Shown one piece after another: positions 53,094 through 64,000 of a stretch of 64,000 nt of DNA (position 1 is the stretch's first letter; each line of letters begins with the position of its first letter). The stretch covers positions 42,470,001 to 42,534,000 of the forward strand of contig OX597834.1 of assembly GCA_951406725.2 (NCBI GenBank). Direction: 5' to 3'. Source of the stretch: Octopus vulgaris. Taxonomy: Eukaryota. Both the position numbers and the translations under genes were made by a program. The notes under the pieces were generated by a model, which did no database searches, was not told the origin of the DNA, and was given only the letters and a program-made list of their open reading frames with translations.

Positions 53094-53774
53094 GTCTGCG
53101 GAGACATATTTTGTAGAAAAATAAATAGTAGTCTTTTGGCTGCTATTTCTAAAATTTTCGGTATGCGGTCAAGCAACTTGTTGCTAAACCCTTATTGTTA
53201 TAATTATATATAAAAAAAACTTTTTGCATAAGTTTTTACCGAATATGGTCCTTTTCCATACCGAAAAACTACTAGGTGAAATTTGTTGATTTTATTAAAT
53301 TAATAATTTTTCACCCTATATCTGTAATCATTATTTCACTCCCCAACGACAAAACTACGAATCTTTTTCGGCAGTACTATTTTGTGACGCACATGGTAGA
53401 AAATTGGAGGGAAGTACAAACTCACTCGTCTATATAAATGTGGATATGCTGATTAGCTTTTATACGTTCTGATGACGCTTGGTCAGAAATATAAGGGGTA
53501 AGTTCTCCTAGCATCTTCAGATTTATTATTATCGGAATACTATGTTGACAAAGGAAATGGGTCTTATGATCTTAATCCAGAAACGCGTCCATAATTAATC
53601 GAAGACTGTTTGATTTCATTATTTTTCTTCTTTTTTGTCATGTGTGAGTTACAAGTCTGTGGAGACATATTTTTGTAGAAAAAGAAATAGTAACCTTTTG
53701 GCTGCTATTTTAAAAACTTTCGGTTTATAGTCAAGCAACTTGTTGCTAAACTCTTATTATTATAATTATATATA
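53094..53774 (+). mobile_element. Direct-repeat-bounded non-coding element containing hammerhead core halves
   Basis: ~120 bp direct repeats start at 53094 and 53655 (period 561). TATATAAA at 53431, CTGATGA at 53469, GAAACGCGTC at 53580. Confidence 0.65.
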
Positions 53775-53903
53775 TATATATATATATGGTCTGGGTTCAG
53801 TCCAACTGCGTGGCACCTTGGAAAATATCTTCTACTCGAGCCTCGGGCCGACCATAGCCTTGTGACTGGATTTGGTAGAAGTCCGTCGTCGTCGTATATA
53901 TAT

Positions 53904-53957
<54 letters not shown>

Positions 53958-53961
<4 letters not shown>

Positions 53962-54135
53962 AGAATTCACGAAAAAAAAAACAAAAGACGAAGCAGGCGG
54001 TGTAGACAACAAACTGATGTATTAGTTTAACGCTCAGGAATTGAAAAAGTCTTTTACGTTTCGAGCCAACGTTCTTCCACAGAAAGGAATACACAAAGAA
54101 ACAAGGAGAGAAAGAAATGTGTGTAGTGGCTGGTG
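53958..54135 (-). mobile_element. Element of the 7180-7370 family with variant hammerhead-like fold
   Basis: Minus 54087-54050: CCTTT-CTGTGGA-A-GAAC-GTTG-GCTC-GAAA-CG-TA-AAAGA. Confidence 0.65.
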
Positions 54136-54639
54136 TCCTGTACCCATATATGCATGTATATATACATGTAGAGGTAGGTACGTACATATATGTATGTATA
54201 TATGCATACGTTTTATTTTATTTATTAATTTATTATATGATGGAACGCACGCATCCATTTCTAAGTAAGATTGTTCTTAACATATATATATATATAGACA
54301 TTTATATTTATATATAAATATTTATATATGTGTGTGTGTGTGTGCGTCTGTGTAAACATGTTTCTCTTTGTCTTTGTGTCCCTCACATCGCTTCACAACC
54401 GGTTTTTACGTCCTGTAAATTAGCGGTTCAAGAAAAGAGATTATGTCAGTGTCGAGTTGTTCGACTTACATCTTTCAAGGTAGTGCCCCAGCATGACCGT
54501 AGTCCTATGACTGAATCGAGTAAAAGATGAAAGATAAAATATACAAGATAAAAGATTAACTGGCTACAATCCTCTAGACAGATTACACATACAGTTTATC
54601 TCTTCAAGGAAGTATTATACTAATCTTTAATCTGATATA

Positions 54640-55330
54640 AATTCTCAGCTCATCTCATCTTCTTCGCACTGGAAGGGTCGTGCGGGTAGAGTCCTTAAGA
54701 ATGTCTTCGATCGGGTCCTGTCAGAAGCAACCATTTCCAATTGATCTGGCTGGAACCCCAAGCGAGACCGACCGAGCTCATGAATGTTTTACAACCATCT
54801 TGCTCGAGAGTGAGGGTCGTGGCTTAGTGGTTAGGGTGTTGGTCACGTGATCATAAGATTGTAGTTTCGATTTGTGGACCGGGTAACGCGTTGTGTTCTT
54901 GAGCAAAACCCTTCATTTCATGTTGCTCCAGTCCACTCTGCTGGCAAAAATGAGTAATCCTGTAACCGACCGGCGTCCAGTCCAGGTTGGGAATATATAC
55001 GCCATGAAACCAGGAAACCGGCCCTTATGTGTCGGTCTGACTCGAGAAGGTAACTCTACTCGCTTATCTTGTTCGAGGTCTACCCCTGACTCTCCTGCCT
55101 TTTGATTTTGCCCGAAAAACGTGTCCAACAATGCATTTCTGAGACATTGTAGGCACATGTCTGTAGCATCGGAGCTTCGATCTCTTAATTCGGAGAAGTA
55201 ATGACTCTATATGGAACACCTTTCTGATTTCTGAGTTACGCCCTCTATCTAAGACACTTCGGAAAAACCACCCCACTTTTCCCGCTTGTATTCACGATTA
55301 TATTTTGTCGGCCATTACTCAAGGTTCATG
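54640..55330 (-). mobile_element. 3' end of an RTE-clade LINE, split by a SINE
   Basis: RNSEIRKVFHIESLLLRIKRSKLRCYRHV..GRRVRGRPRTR, resuming beyond the SINE as RW..NIHELG..DRTR. Confidence 0.8.
54809..55065 (+). mobile_element. SINE family D, full length with 12 bp TSD
   Basis: TSD ATCTTG(C/T)TCGAG at 54797-54808 and 55066-55077; A and B boxes and CORE-like box. Confidence 0.9.
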
Positions 55331-55691
55331 ACAATTGGTAAGGGTCTAAAGTAGGAGCGAAATTTGTTATACGAAATATTTCCACCAACTACATCTTGCG
55401 TTTCCCTTCCCTCTTTACTTCAAGGCGACACCTTCAAATACATTTAAAACAAAGTACTAGGGTCAAGGTTATTCCTTACCAAACTCCCTAATCTTAACCA
55501 ACTCTCTCTCTCTCTCCCTTAATTGCGTTGCTTCAGCAAGGCCGCGGCCCACGGCAACTATAAGCGGTAAAGCATACAAAATAATCTTTATCATTGCTTC
55601 GTAAGAATTTGTCAGAGAAAAATCTCTAAAGACCATTGAATTCCTTTTCATTAATTTTTTTTAATAGGTAATATTTTCTATATTATTATTA

Positions 55692-55840
55692 TCCGCCGAG
55701 GTCGACTTTGCCTTTCATACTTTCGGGGTCGATAAATAAAGTACCAGTTTCGCACTGGGGTCGATATAATCGACTTAATCCGTTTGTCTGTCCTTGTTTG
55801 TCCTCTCTATGTTTAGCTCCTTGTGGGTAGTAAAGAAATA

Positions 55841-55842
<2 letters not shown>
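55692..55842 (+). mobile_element. SINE family A, 5'-truncated, followed by (TTA)n
   Basis: TCCGCCGAGGTCGACTTTGCC..GGGTAGTAAAGAAATA. Confidence 0.88.
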
Positions 55843-55909
<67 letters not shown>

Positions 55910-56427
55910 CATTCTTCTTATTATTATTATTATCATTATTATTATTATTATTATTATTACTATTATTATTTCTTTTTTTTTTCATTTTTTAAATTATTTC
56001 ATTTATATGTAACCTCCTACACTTTATGCCTGTCTTTGTATTGTCCCTCTCATCCTTCGGCCTTGTGGCAAATAAATGAAATCACCATCATCATCATCAT
56101 CATCATCATCATTATTATTATTACTTTTATTAATATTGTTGTTGTTGTAAATTTAAAATACAACTTGAATCTAAAATAATACGCTTCTTTAAAAATACAT
56201 ATTTAAAAAAAATCTTTTAGTTAAAAGGAGAAAAAAAAAAGCAGAAATGGAAAGTATGTTTTGTATATTCTATTAAATCTTTTCCGCGTCACTTGTCCAT
56301 TTTCTCCACTTTAATGAATCGTCAGAGTACATCAAACGCGCGAAGACGGAGAAAACACTAGAAAAATGTCATTTCTTAACTTTAAGGCGAATTCATATAA
56401 AACATGTAATTAATACAGCCTCATACG

Positions 56428-56761
56428 TCTTCTTCTTCTTCTTCTTCTTCTTCTTCTTCTTCTTCTTCTTCTTCTTCTTCTTCTTCTTCTTCTTCTTCTT
56501 CTTCTTCTTCTTCTTTTCCTCTTCTTCTTCTTCTTCTTCTTCTTCTTCTTCTTCTTCTTCTTCTTCTTCTTCTTTTTCTTTTTCTTCTTCTTCTTCATAT
56601 CCCTCTTCTTCTTCTTCATGTTCTTATTCTTCATATTCTTTTTCTTCCTATTCTTCTTCTCCCTATTCTTCTTCTTCTTCTTCTTCTTCTTCTTCTTCTT
56701 CTTCTTCTTCTTCTTCTTCTTCTTCTTCTTCTTCTTCTTCTTCTTCTTCTTCTTCTTCTTC
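56428..56761. repeat. (TTC)n homopyrimidine tract
   Basis: Seen directly. Confidence 0.97.
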
Positions 56762-56969
56762 GAACGATGGAGATGATGATGGCAATGTCATACATCGCTA
56801 CTGTAATAATAATAATAAAAAAAGAGAAAAAAGTGTATTTGAACAGAACATGCGTGTAACTTTGTTTAATGAAGCACAAGACCCTGCGTGTTTGATGTTG
56901 AAGTTAGCTAACTGAATTTTTATCGATGCGGTGAATATAGTAGCCCACAAGACTATATACGTGGAGGCG

Positions 56970-57086
<117 letters not shown>

Positions 57087-57106
57087 CAGACACATATATA
57101 TGCACG

Positions 57107-57140
<34 letters not shown>

Positions 57141-57146
57141 TGTATG

Positions 57147-57177
<31 letters not shown>

Positions 57178-57744
57178 GTCTGTCTGCATATATACATATG
57201 AATATATATATATATATATGCACGTATATATGTATGTCTGTCTGTCTGATATACACACATACATGTATATGTATGTAAATATGCATGCATGTATGTATGA
57301 GGAACGTGCGTGCGTATGTAAATATAGATGTGTGTGTGTATGTATGAGTGCGTGTGTATGTATGTGCGTATGTATATATATGTATGGATTTGTGTGTATG
57401 TATGTGTGATTGAATGTATGTGTGTTCGTATGTATGTGTGTATGTATGTGTATATGTATACACACATACACATATATATATATATACTTGATGGATTCAC
57501 TCGTCTCGAACGACTAACGAGAGTTCGATAAAATACAGCGTGTACTGATGTCTCGTGGACGCGCAAGTGTCACTTGAGGCCTGCTGCTGCCTTGCAAACC
57601 TCTTTCCAAACGGAACAAGTTGAGGACTCAGTTTGCTTGAGTGTTTTCACAATATTTATCACGTGTTTTCTTGAGTGGACAGCTAAATTCTGCTTTACAT
57701 ACACAGACATGCAGGAAGTAAATAGACATCTTCAATTTTCAAAA

Positions 57745-58075
57745 TCTTTTATTTGATATTAATTGGTTGAAGGAGAGGTTTTCTTCTAGCTGATCGTCCA
57801 TAATACCCAAGCTTATGCAGATATGTAATCCATGTTCTTGGCCTAACTTCTAGCTGTTTTGTAATGTCAGAAGCCTTCGAACGGGGTTCGTTTTCCACAA
57901 TTCGCTTCAAACAGCAAAGCTTCCTTTCCGAGGGCCCAAGTCGGCCGGGACGAGAATCTGTTGCTTCTTTTCCCTGGCTTTTGGTTTGCACTATAATTCT
58001 ATTAACAGTAGCAAGAAGAATTTGAAGATTTTCGGCAATTTTTCGCTGGCTAAGACCAGCCTCAGATTGTCCAAC
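57745..58075 (-). mobile_element. Tc1 transposase N-terminal fragment
   Basis: [52 protein letters not shown], the Tc1/Tc3 second HTH and KPLL motif. Confidence 0.8.
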
Positions 58076-58224
58076 AGTTTCCGACTACCAAATCCACTCA
58101 CAGGGCTTTGGTCATCTCGAGGCTATACTAGAAGACACTTGCCCAAGGTTTCACGCAGTGGGACTGAACCCTGAACCATGTGGTTGGTAACCCAGATACT
58201 TACCACACAGCCACTCCTGCGCCT
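58075..58224 (-). mobile_element. SINE family B, 5' head
   Basis: Reverse complement of 34965-35115. Confidence 0.88.
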
Positions 58225-58359
58225 ATTAATTTAATGTTAATTTTTCTTCCAACCACCAACATAATAATGACAAATTAATGTCAGAAATTCTTTGCAGTTT
58301 ATTGAAATAATTTGAGTTCATTTGAATAGAAATGCGATAGCAAAAAGATCAGTTAATGG

Positions 58360-58690
58360 TTTTAAATTTCGGCACAAAGCCAGAGATTTTGGAGGAGAGT
58401 ATAAGTTGATTAAATCGACCCAGTGTTCAACTGGTACTTATTTTATCGGCCTCGAAAAGATGAAAGGCAAAATCGATCTCAGCGGAATTTGAACTCAGAA
58501 GACGGATTAAGAGGTGAAATAATGATTTCCCATTTTGAAACTAGGCCAGCAATTTCAGGGGTGGAGTGAAAGTCGATTACATCGACCGCAGTGGTCAAGT
58601 GGTCGACTGGTTCTTATTTCAATGAATCCGAAAGGCTGAAAGGCAAAGTAGACCTCGGCGGAATTTGAACTCAGAACATATAGACGAACA
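58360..58690 (-). mobile_element. Two tandem 5'-truncated SINE family A variants
   Basis: Two ATCGACC..TGAAAGGCAAA..GCGGAATTTGAACTCAGAA units. Confidence 0.8.
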
Positions 58691-59349
58691 AAAGGATTAA
58701 ATATAAGCTTTTAAGAATCAACTATTGACCAGCCACTTGTTCTTATACATTGGCGACTGGGATTTGAACTCCCGTCGCGAATCTTTAAAACAGATACTAT
58801 AGAAGTATACCGATTGCAGAACACTACGACTTGCATTGCAAGCCTTGTACTTCAAAAAGTTTAATCATAGCAACGGAAACGCGTGTATAACAACAAGCAA
58901 ACACACAAAAAGAAGACAACGTTGATGAAAATCAAAATATTTTGTAAATAAAGCAACGAATGACTCTGTCCTATGGAATTTCGATGTTGTAATTGAAACT
59001 TTAATCCTTATAAAGTCGTATTGGAACAATTTCTAACGATGGGGTTTATTCAACATCTTGTCAGAAGCCGTAGTTTAATTTTTACTAACGAAACAACAAA
59101 AAAAAAAAAAAAAAAAGGAGAAAAGAAAAAGGAGGCGATATTTGCTCCGTAATATTGAAGTTTATTTTTGCAGAGTATTTTGTTTCGGTACAACTTTATA
59201 TAAAATATTTTGGACACTATAATCAGATCGGATTGTTTACTTTCAAATTTCACATCAAATTTTCTCGCGCAAACATAGGCAAATTTCCAGACATAAACGC
59301 ACGCACGCACGCACTCACACACACACACAAATAAATATCTAGAATATAC

Positions 59350-59401
<52 letters not shown>

Positions 59402-59868
59402 GTATATATAAGCAGCCCAGACATTATACAATGTAAACACGTTTGTATAATTATCGACTTTTCCCGTAACTTCTCATTCACACGCATATATGTACACAGA
59501 CACACGCATTCCTTTATTGACATTGAAAAACGTAAACACTGAACCATCCAGAAAACACACACACACACATACACACACACACACACATACACACACACAC
59601 ACATACACACACACACACATACACACACACACACATATATCCTCCATGCACACAAACATACACACGCGCAGCAAAAAAAAAAATTATAAATTCGAAACAG
59701 AGAGGTATGATTTAGAATACATGTGTGGACGTCTGTGAGTGTGTATGTCTTTGAATACAGGTATATATGTATTTAAGTATATAATTATGGATATATACTT
59801 AAATTTACATATGTACATATTTAGGTATGTGCGTGTATGTGTTTGCGTGTGCATGCATACATATGTGC

Positions 59869-59899
<31 letters not shown>

Positions 59900-60058
59900 G
59901 CCATACACAATCGCTTGTCAATTGAGAAAGATTAAGCAGAAGGATATAGATGAAGAATATGTGCACACGTATATCAGGTGTCAACTGCAATTAATAAACC
60001 GCACACTAACACATGCCTACATAACAGCTACATACACGCACACACGCACACACACACA

Positions 60059-60098
<40 letters not shown>

Positions 60099-60231
60099 GA
60101 TTCACGCAAGTGTCCCTCTCTGCTCGCATGAATTGTGTTGACAATTTACTCATACGTTTGCAAATATGAAGCAAATTTAATTTAAACATGTCCGATATTT
60201 TGTTCGCACAGAAGTAGACTATCATTCTCTA

Positions 60232-60276
<45 letters not shown>

Positions 60277-60349
60277 GGGCATACAAACGATCACACACAC
60301 ACTTGCAAACATACCTCGCAGACAGAGGCACTCATACACACCGATATAT

Positions 60350-60672
60350 ATTCTTTTACTTCTCTCAGTCGTTTGACTGCGGCCATGCTGGAGTACTGCC
60401 TTAAAAAGTTTTAGTCGAACAAATCGACCCCAGGACTTATTCAATCGGTCTCCTTTACCGAACCGCTAGGTTACGGGGTCGTGAACACATCAACACATAA
60501 ACACACACACATATATATGTACGACGGGCTTCTTTCAGTTTCCGTCTACCCTATCCACTCACAAATCTTTGGTCAGCCCGAGGCTTTTGAAAACACTTGC
60601 CCCAGGGGCCACGCAGTGGGACTGAACTCGGAACCATGTGGTTGGTAAGCAAGCTACTTACCACATAGCCTC
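60350..60672 (-). mobile_element. SINE family B, near full length
   Basis: Reverse complement of 34975-35362 with a small deletion. Confidence 0.88.
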
Positions 60673-60674
60673 TT

Positions 60675-60915
60675 CAAAAAACGAAATAAGAACGTAACGG
60701 ACGACAATAAAAAGATACGGACAGATGGACGATACAAAGACGGACATGAAAAACCAGGACGGAACATTCGTGGCTTTCTTTCATCAGTCAAACTTCCAAT
60801 TATCATTGCAGTTTCGGCCTGTTACACTTGAGATTGTTCAAAATTGGTAGCCCCCCAAAAGCTATGCTAAGGGCATTACATTTTTGGAAGAAAGCAAGCG
60901 AATATACGGTGGCAA
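60675..60915. mobile_element. Dispersed non-coding repeat, also at 36495-36775
   Basis: See 36495-36775. Confidence 0.75.
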
Positions 60916-61409
60916 ACACCTTAAATATACCTCTGCTTTTCTTTTTCTATCTGTTGTCCGACTACGAGATGCCTAGAGAAATAGAAAGAAGAGAGAGAAA
61001 TAGGGAGAGAGAGGAGCAGGGTTGGAGCGAGAGAGGAGAGAGAGAGAGATAGAAAGAGAGAAAGTGACAGTGAAAGAAAGAAGAGAAGAATGGAAGAAAG
61101 AAATAAAGAGGGAAAGAAATAAAGAATGTTCCTACATGTGCGCGTGTGTTCCTACATGTGTGCGTATGTGTGCTGTGAGAATGGTAAAGAGAAAGGGATC
61201 TAAAACCAGTAGTAATGTTTGAAGAAGAAATTAATGCGTGGATGTGTTAAATGGTTTCTTTATTAACAAAAAAAGCAAAACAAAAAAAAGGGAAACAAAA
61301 CAAAAACAAGAAGAAACGAAATGTAAAAAAAAGTGTTTGGTAAGTTTGAAACTTAATCTGATTGTTGTAGCGTCTTTGGGGAATATAGGAATATCGATAG
61401 GAATATAGG

Positions 61410-62300
61410 ATTACAGGAATAGAGAATACAGGAAAGAATGTGGGGAAGGGAGAGTAGGGATAGTATGCGGGAGAGAGAGAGAGGGAAGAAGAGAGATGGT
61501 ATGTGGGAGAGAGAGAGAGAGTGATGGGAGAGAGAGGAAGAAATAGAGCTAAGAATAGATGAGAAGAAGGAGAGATAGGAAGGAATGAGGAGAAGGAGCA
61601 GGGATAGCATGTGGGAGAGAGAAAGAGAGAGAGAGAGGAAAAGAGATAGAGTGTGGGAAAAAAGTGAGAGAGAGGGAGAGCACAAGTGGTGAGAGAGGGG
61701 AGGGGGGAAACAGGTAGTGAGAAGGAGGGAAATAAAGTTAAGAAAAGATGAAGAGGAGGAGGAGTAGTGATAGGAAGGAATGGAGAGAAAGAGTAGGGAC
61801 AACATGTGGGAGAGAGAGGAAGAGAGATAGGTATGGAAAGAAAGAGAGAGAGGGAGGAATATAGTTAGGAAAAGATGAGGAGGAGAAGTAGGGATAAGCG
61901 AAAAAGAGAGAGAAAGAAAGAGAGAGAGAGTGTATGGGGAAGAGAAGGTAAGAGGAAGGGAGATAAGAATAGGAATCGGTGGAAATTGAGAGAGGAAACA
62001 GGGTTAGGTGGCGCTGGGGTGAGGTAAATAGATGTAACAAATAAATTGAGAGAGTGAGAGAGAAAGGTGAGAGAGAAGACTAGAATTAACGGGAGGGGGA
62101 ATGTGAGAGATGGGTAGAGAGAGAGAGAGAATAGAGAGTGGAGAGGTATACAGAAAGAATAGAGGTGGAGAAAAGGAATCGAGATAAGAAGGAAGATAAG
62201 ACGAGAGAGAGAGAGAAAGATTATATAAAGGATATAGATTGAGATAGAGAGATAGACTGATAGATAGAAAGAGAGAGAGAGAGAGAGAGAAGAGAGCAAC
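61410..62300. repeat. Purine-rich (GA)n mosaic with recurring ATGTGGGAGAGAG unit
   Basis: Seen directly. Confidence 0.9.
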
Positions 62301-62974
62301 GAGTGGTGAGAAAAAGTGTGACTGAGATTTGGTAAGAACAGCTGTGGAGATAAACTGCGCCTAAGATGGCGGTACAAAAGTTGTGATAAAAACAAAAACA
62401 TAGCAACGACAACAACGACAATAAGAAGAAGAGAAGTAGTGATCGCTCAAGCTGCTAAACATAGCAGACTAATCTCCTTTCCCAAGGTCTTATCTAACTG
62501 TATTACAAAAAAGATTTTAAAAATTTCACTGGACGACAACGGAAAATACACACACAAGACATGGCAATGCTCTTCCCTCATCAGTGATCATCCGAAAATC
62601 ATTACGATTTCGAGCCTTTATCTTACACACAGAGAAATACAATAGACTGCTTCGTCTGATTTAACTATTGTCTGAATAGAAAACTGAATGAATGGTGGTC
62701 ACCAGTGGAACGTCTTTGACATAAATCATAACGACATATATCCTAGGGTTAAACAACAGCAAAAATAAATATCATCGGTAACTGCAGTAAAACAACAGTC
62801 ACGAGAAAAACAACAACAATAAAAAAATCAAGGCAAAAACACCATCAAATATAACAATATAAGGATGAAGGGCAATGTCGCCTTCACCAGAATATGATCA
62901 CAGTACGTAAAGACGGACAGAATGCCGCTAAGAATTTTGCCTGACGTGCTAACGACTCTGCCTGCTTACCGACC

Positions 62975-63005
<31 letters not shown>

Positions 63006-63008
<3 letters not shown>

Positions 63009-63301
63009 TGCAGCGTGGAAGGTGTTTGTAAGCCATTTAAGAAACACACAAAAGCCGTTCGATTCACTTCAACATTTAAGTTTAATTAAGTTTAATCCGT
63101 GCTGCACGCATTTTTTGTCAGTGAACAGGTCGCGGTCTTAAAGCGACGAAAATATTTTGGCAAATTAAACTTAAATGTTGAAGTGAATCGAACGGCTTTT
63201 GTGTGTTTCTTAAATGGCTTACAAACACCTTCCACGCTGCAATTGTTTTCGTTTCAGCACACGATCTCAAATCAAATCACTTGCTATGCAAGTACATCTC
63301 C

Positions 63302-63303
<2 letters not shown>
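63006..63303 (+). mobile_element. Non-autonomous element in (TAA)n with perfect 82 bp inverted partial copy
   Basis: 63006-63087 is the exact reverse complement of 63163-63244; (TAA)n on both sides. Confidence 0.85.
63114..63164 (+). ncRNA. Hammerhead-like motif with G3-C8 swapped core
   Basis: TTTGTCA-GTGAACA-G-GTCGC[GGTCTTAAA]GCGAC-GAAA-ATAT-TT-TGGCAAA. Confidence 0.65.
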
Positions 63304-63336
<33 letters not shown>

Positions 63337-64000
63337 TTAATAATAATAATAATAACTTGCCCTGATGTAATACCAGGCAGTGGCTCTCGTAGCTTCTGAT
63401 CTTAACTGATTGGAAGTGTTATCATATATTGTTTTGTCTTGGTATAAAAGATGGGCTACAGCAAATATTCTGCTCAATACCACAGATTTGCTTGTCAGTT
63501 GTTTGACCTTAACCAGTTGCTGACGATGTGTGCATCTCTGACCACAAACAGGAGTAGTGGGGGAGCATCATAGCCGTGTGCTGAAAGGAATTCTTTGAGG
63601 TTTGGATAACTCACCTCTGGAAACATGGGTGTTTCATTCAACATCCTTAAACAACCCTTATTCAGGGACGTTTTGAGCAGGAGGATACATATGTAGGTAT
63701 GTGTGTATGTACATTTCTTTCACCGCTCTTTTAATCATTTCTCTTTTATTTATTTATGCATTTTATTCTGTCTAATTAACTAAATAATTAATTAATTTTA
63801 CTTTTTAATGATATTATGTATTATTTGAGTTTATCATTTGAATTTATTTCAATTTTTCTCAAAATGAACGAATAATTCACAATTTATACAAAAATTTATC
63901 TATGATATGACATTGTTAATTATTTTTGTTACGTAAATAATTAAAACTATTGTCTACGCTAAGAAAGTTTAAATTATTTTGCGAATTATGTTTATAAAAT

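Noticed and set aside
63355-63690. CTGACGA ... GAAACATG as a hammerhead
   Set aside because: There is no UH after helix III and no helix I; probably an unassigned repeat.

Overview
This is an AT-rich eukaryotic non-coding window saturated with microsatellites. The tRNA-derived SINE families and the (TA)n/(CA)n/(TACA)n density point to an octopod cephalopod genome (inference, not a database result). I found no host protein-coding exon I can support; almost all ORFs in the track are microsatellite read-through. Recognisable content: four families of tRNA-derived SINEs, decayed mariner/Tc1/pogo/piggyBac/hAT/Helitron elements, 3' fragments of CR1/L2-group, RTE and R4/Dong-like LINEs, and one solo LTR fused to the 3' half of tRNA-Trp. 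The main unexplained signal is a set of short, mutually unrelated non-coding elements inserted in or beside simple repeats. Each carries a minimal type I hammerhead-ribozyme fold (CUGANGA...GAAA, usually a palindromic helix III and an extra base after A9), often with an ~82-87 bp inverted partial copy or direct repeats, as in Penelope-like or retrozyme elements. One has the core C3-G8 pair swapped to G3-C8. All folds were read by eye and none was tested for activity.
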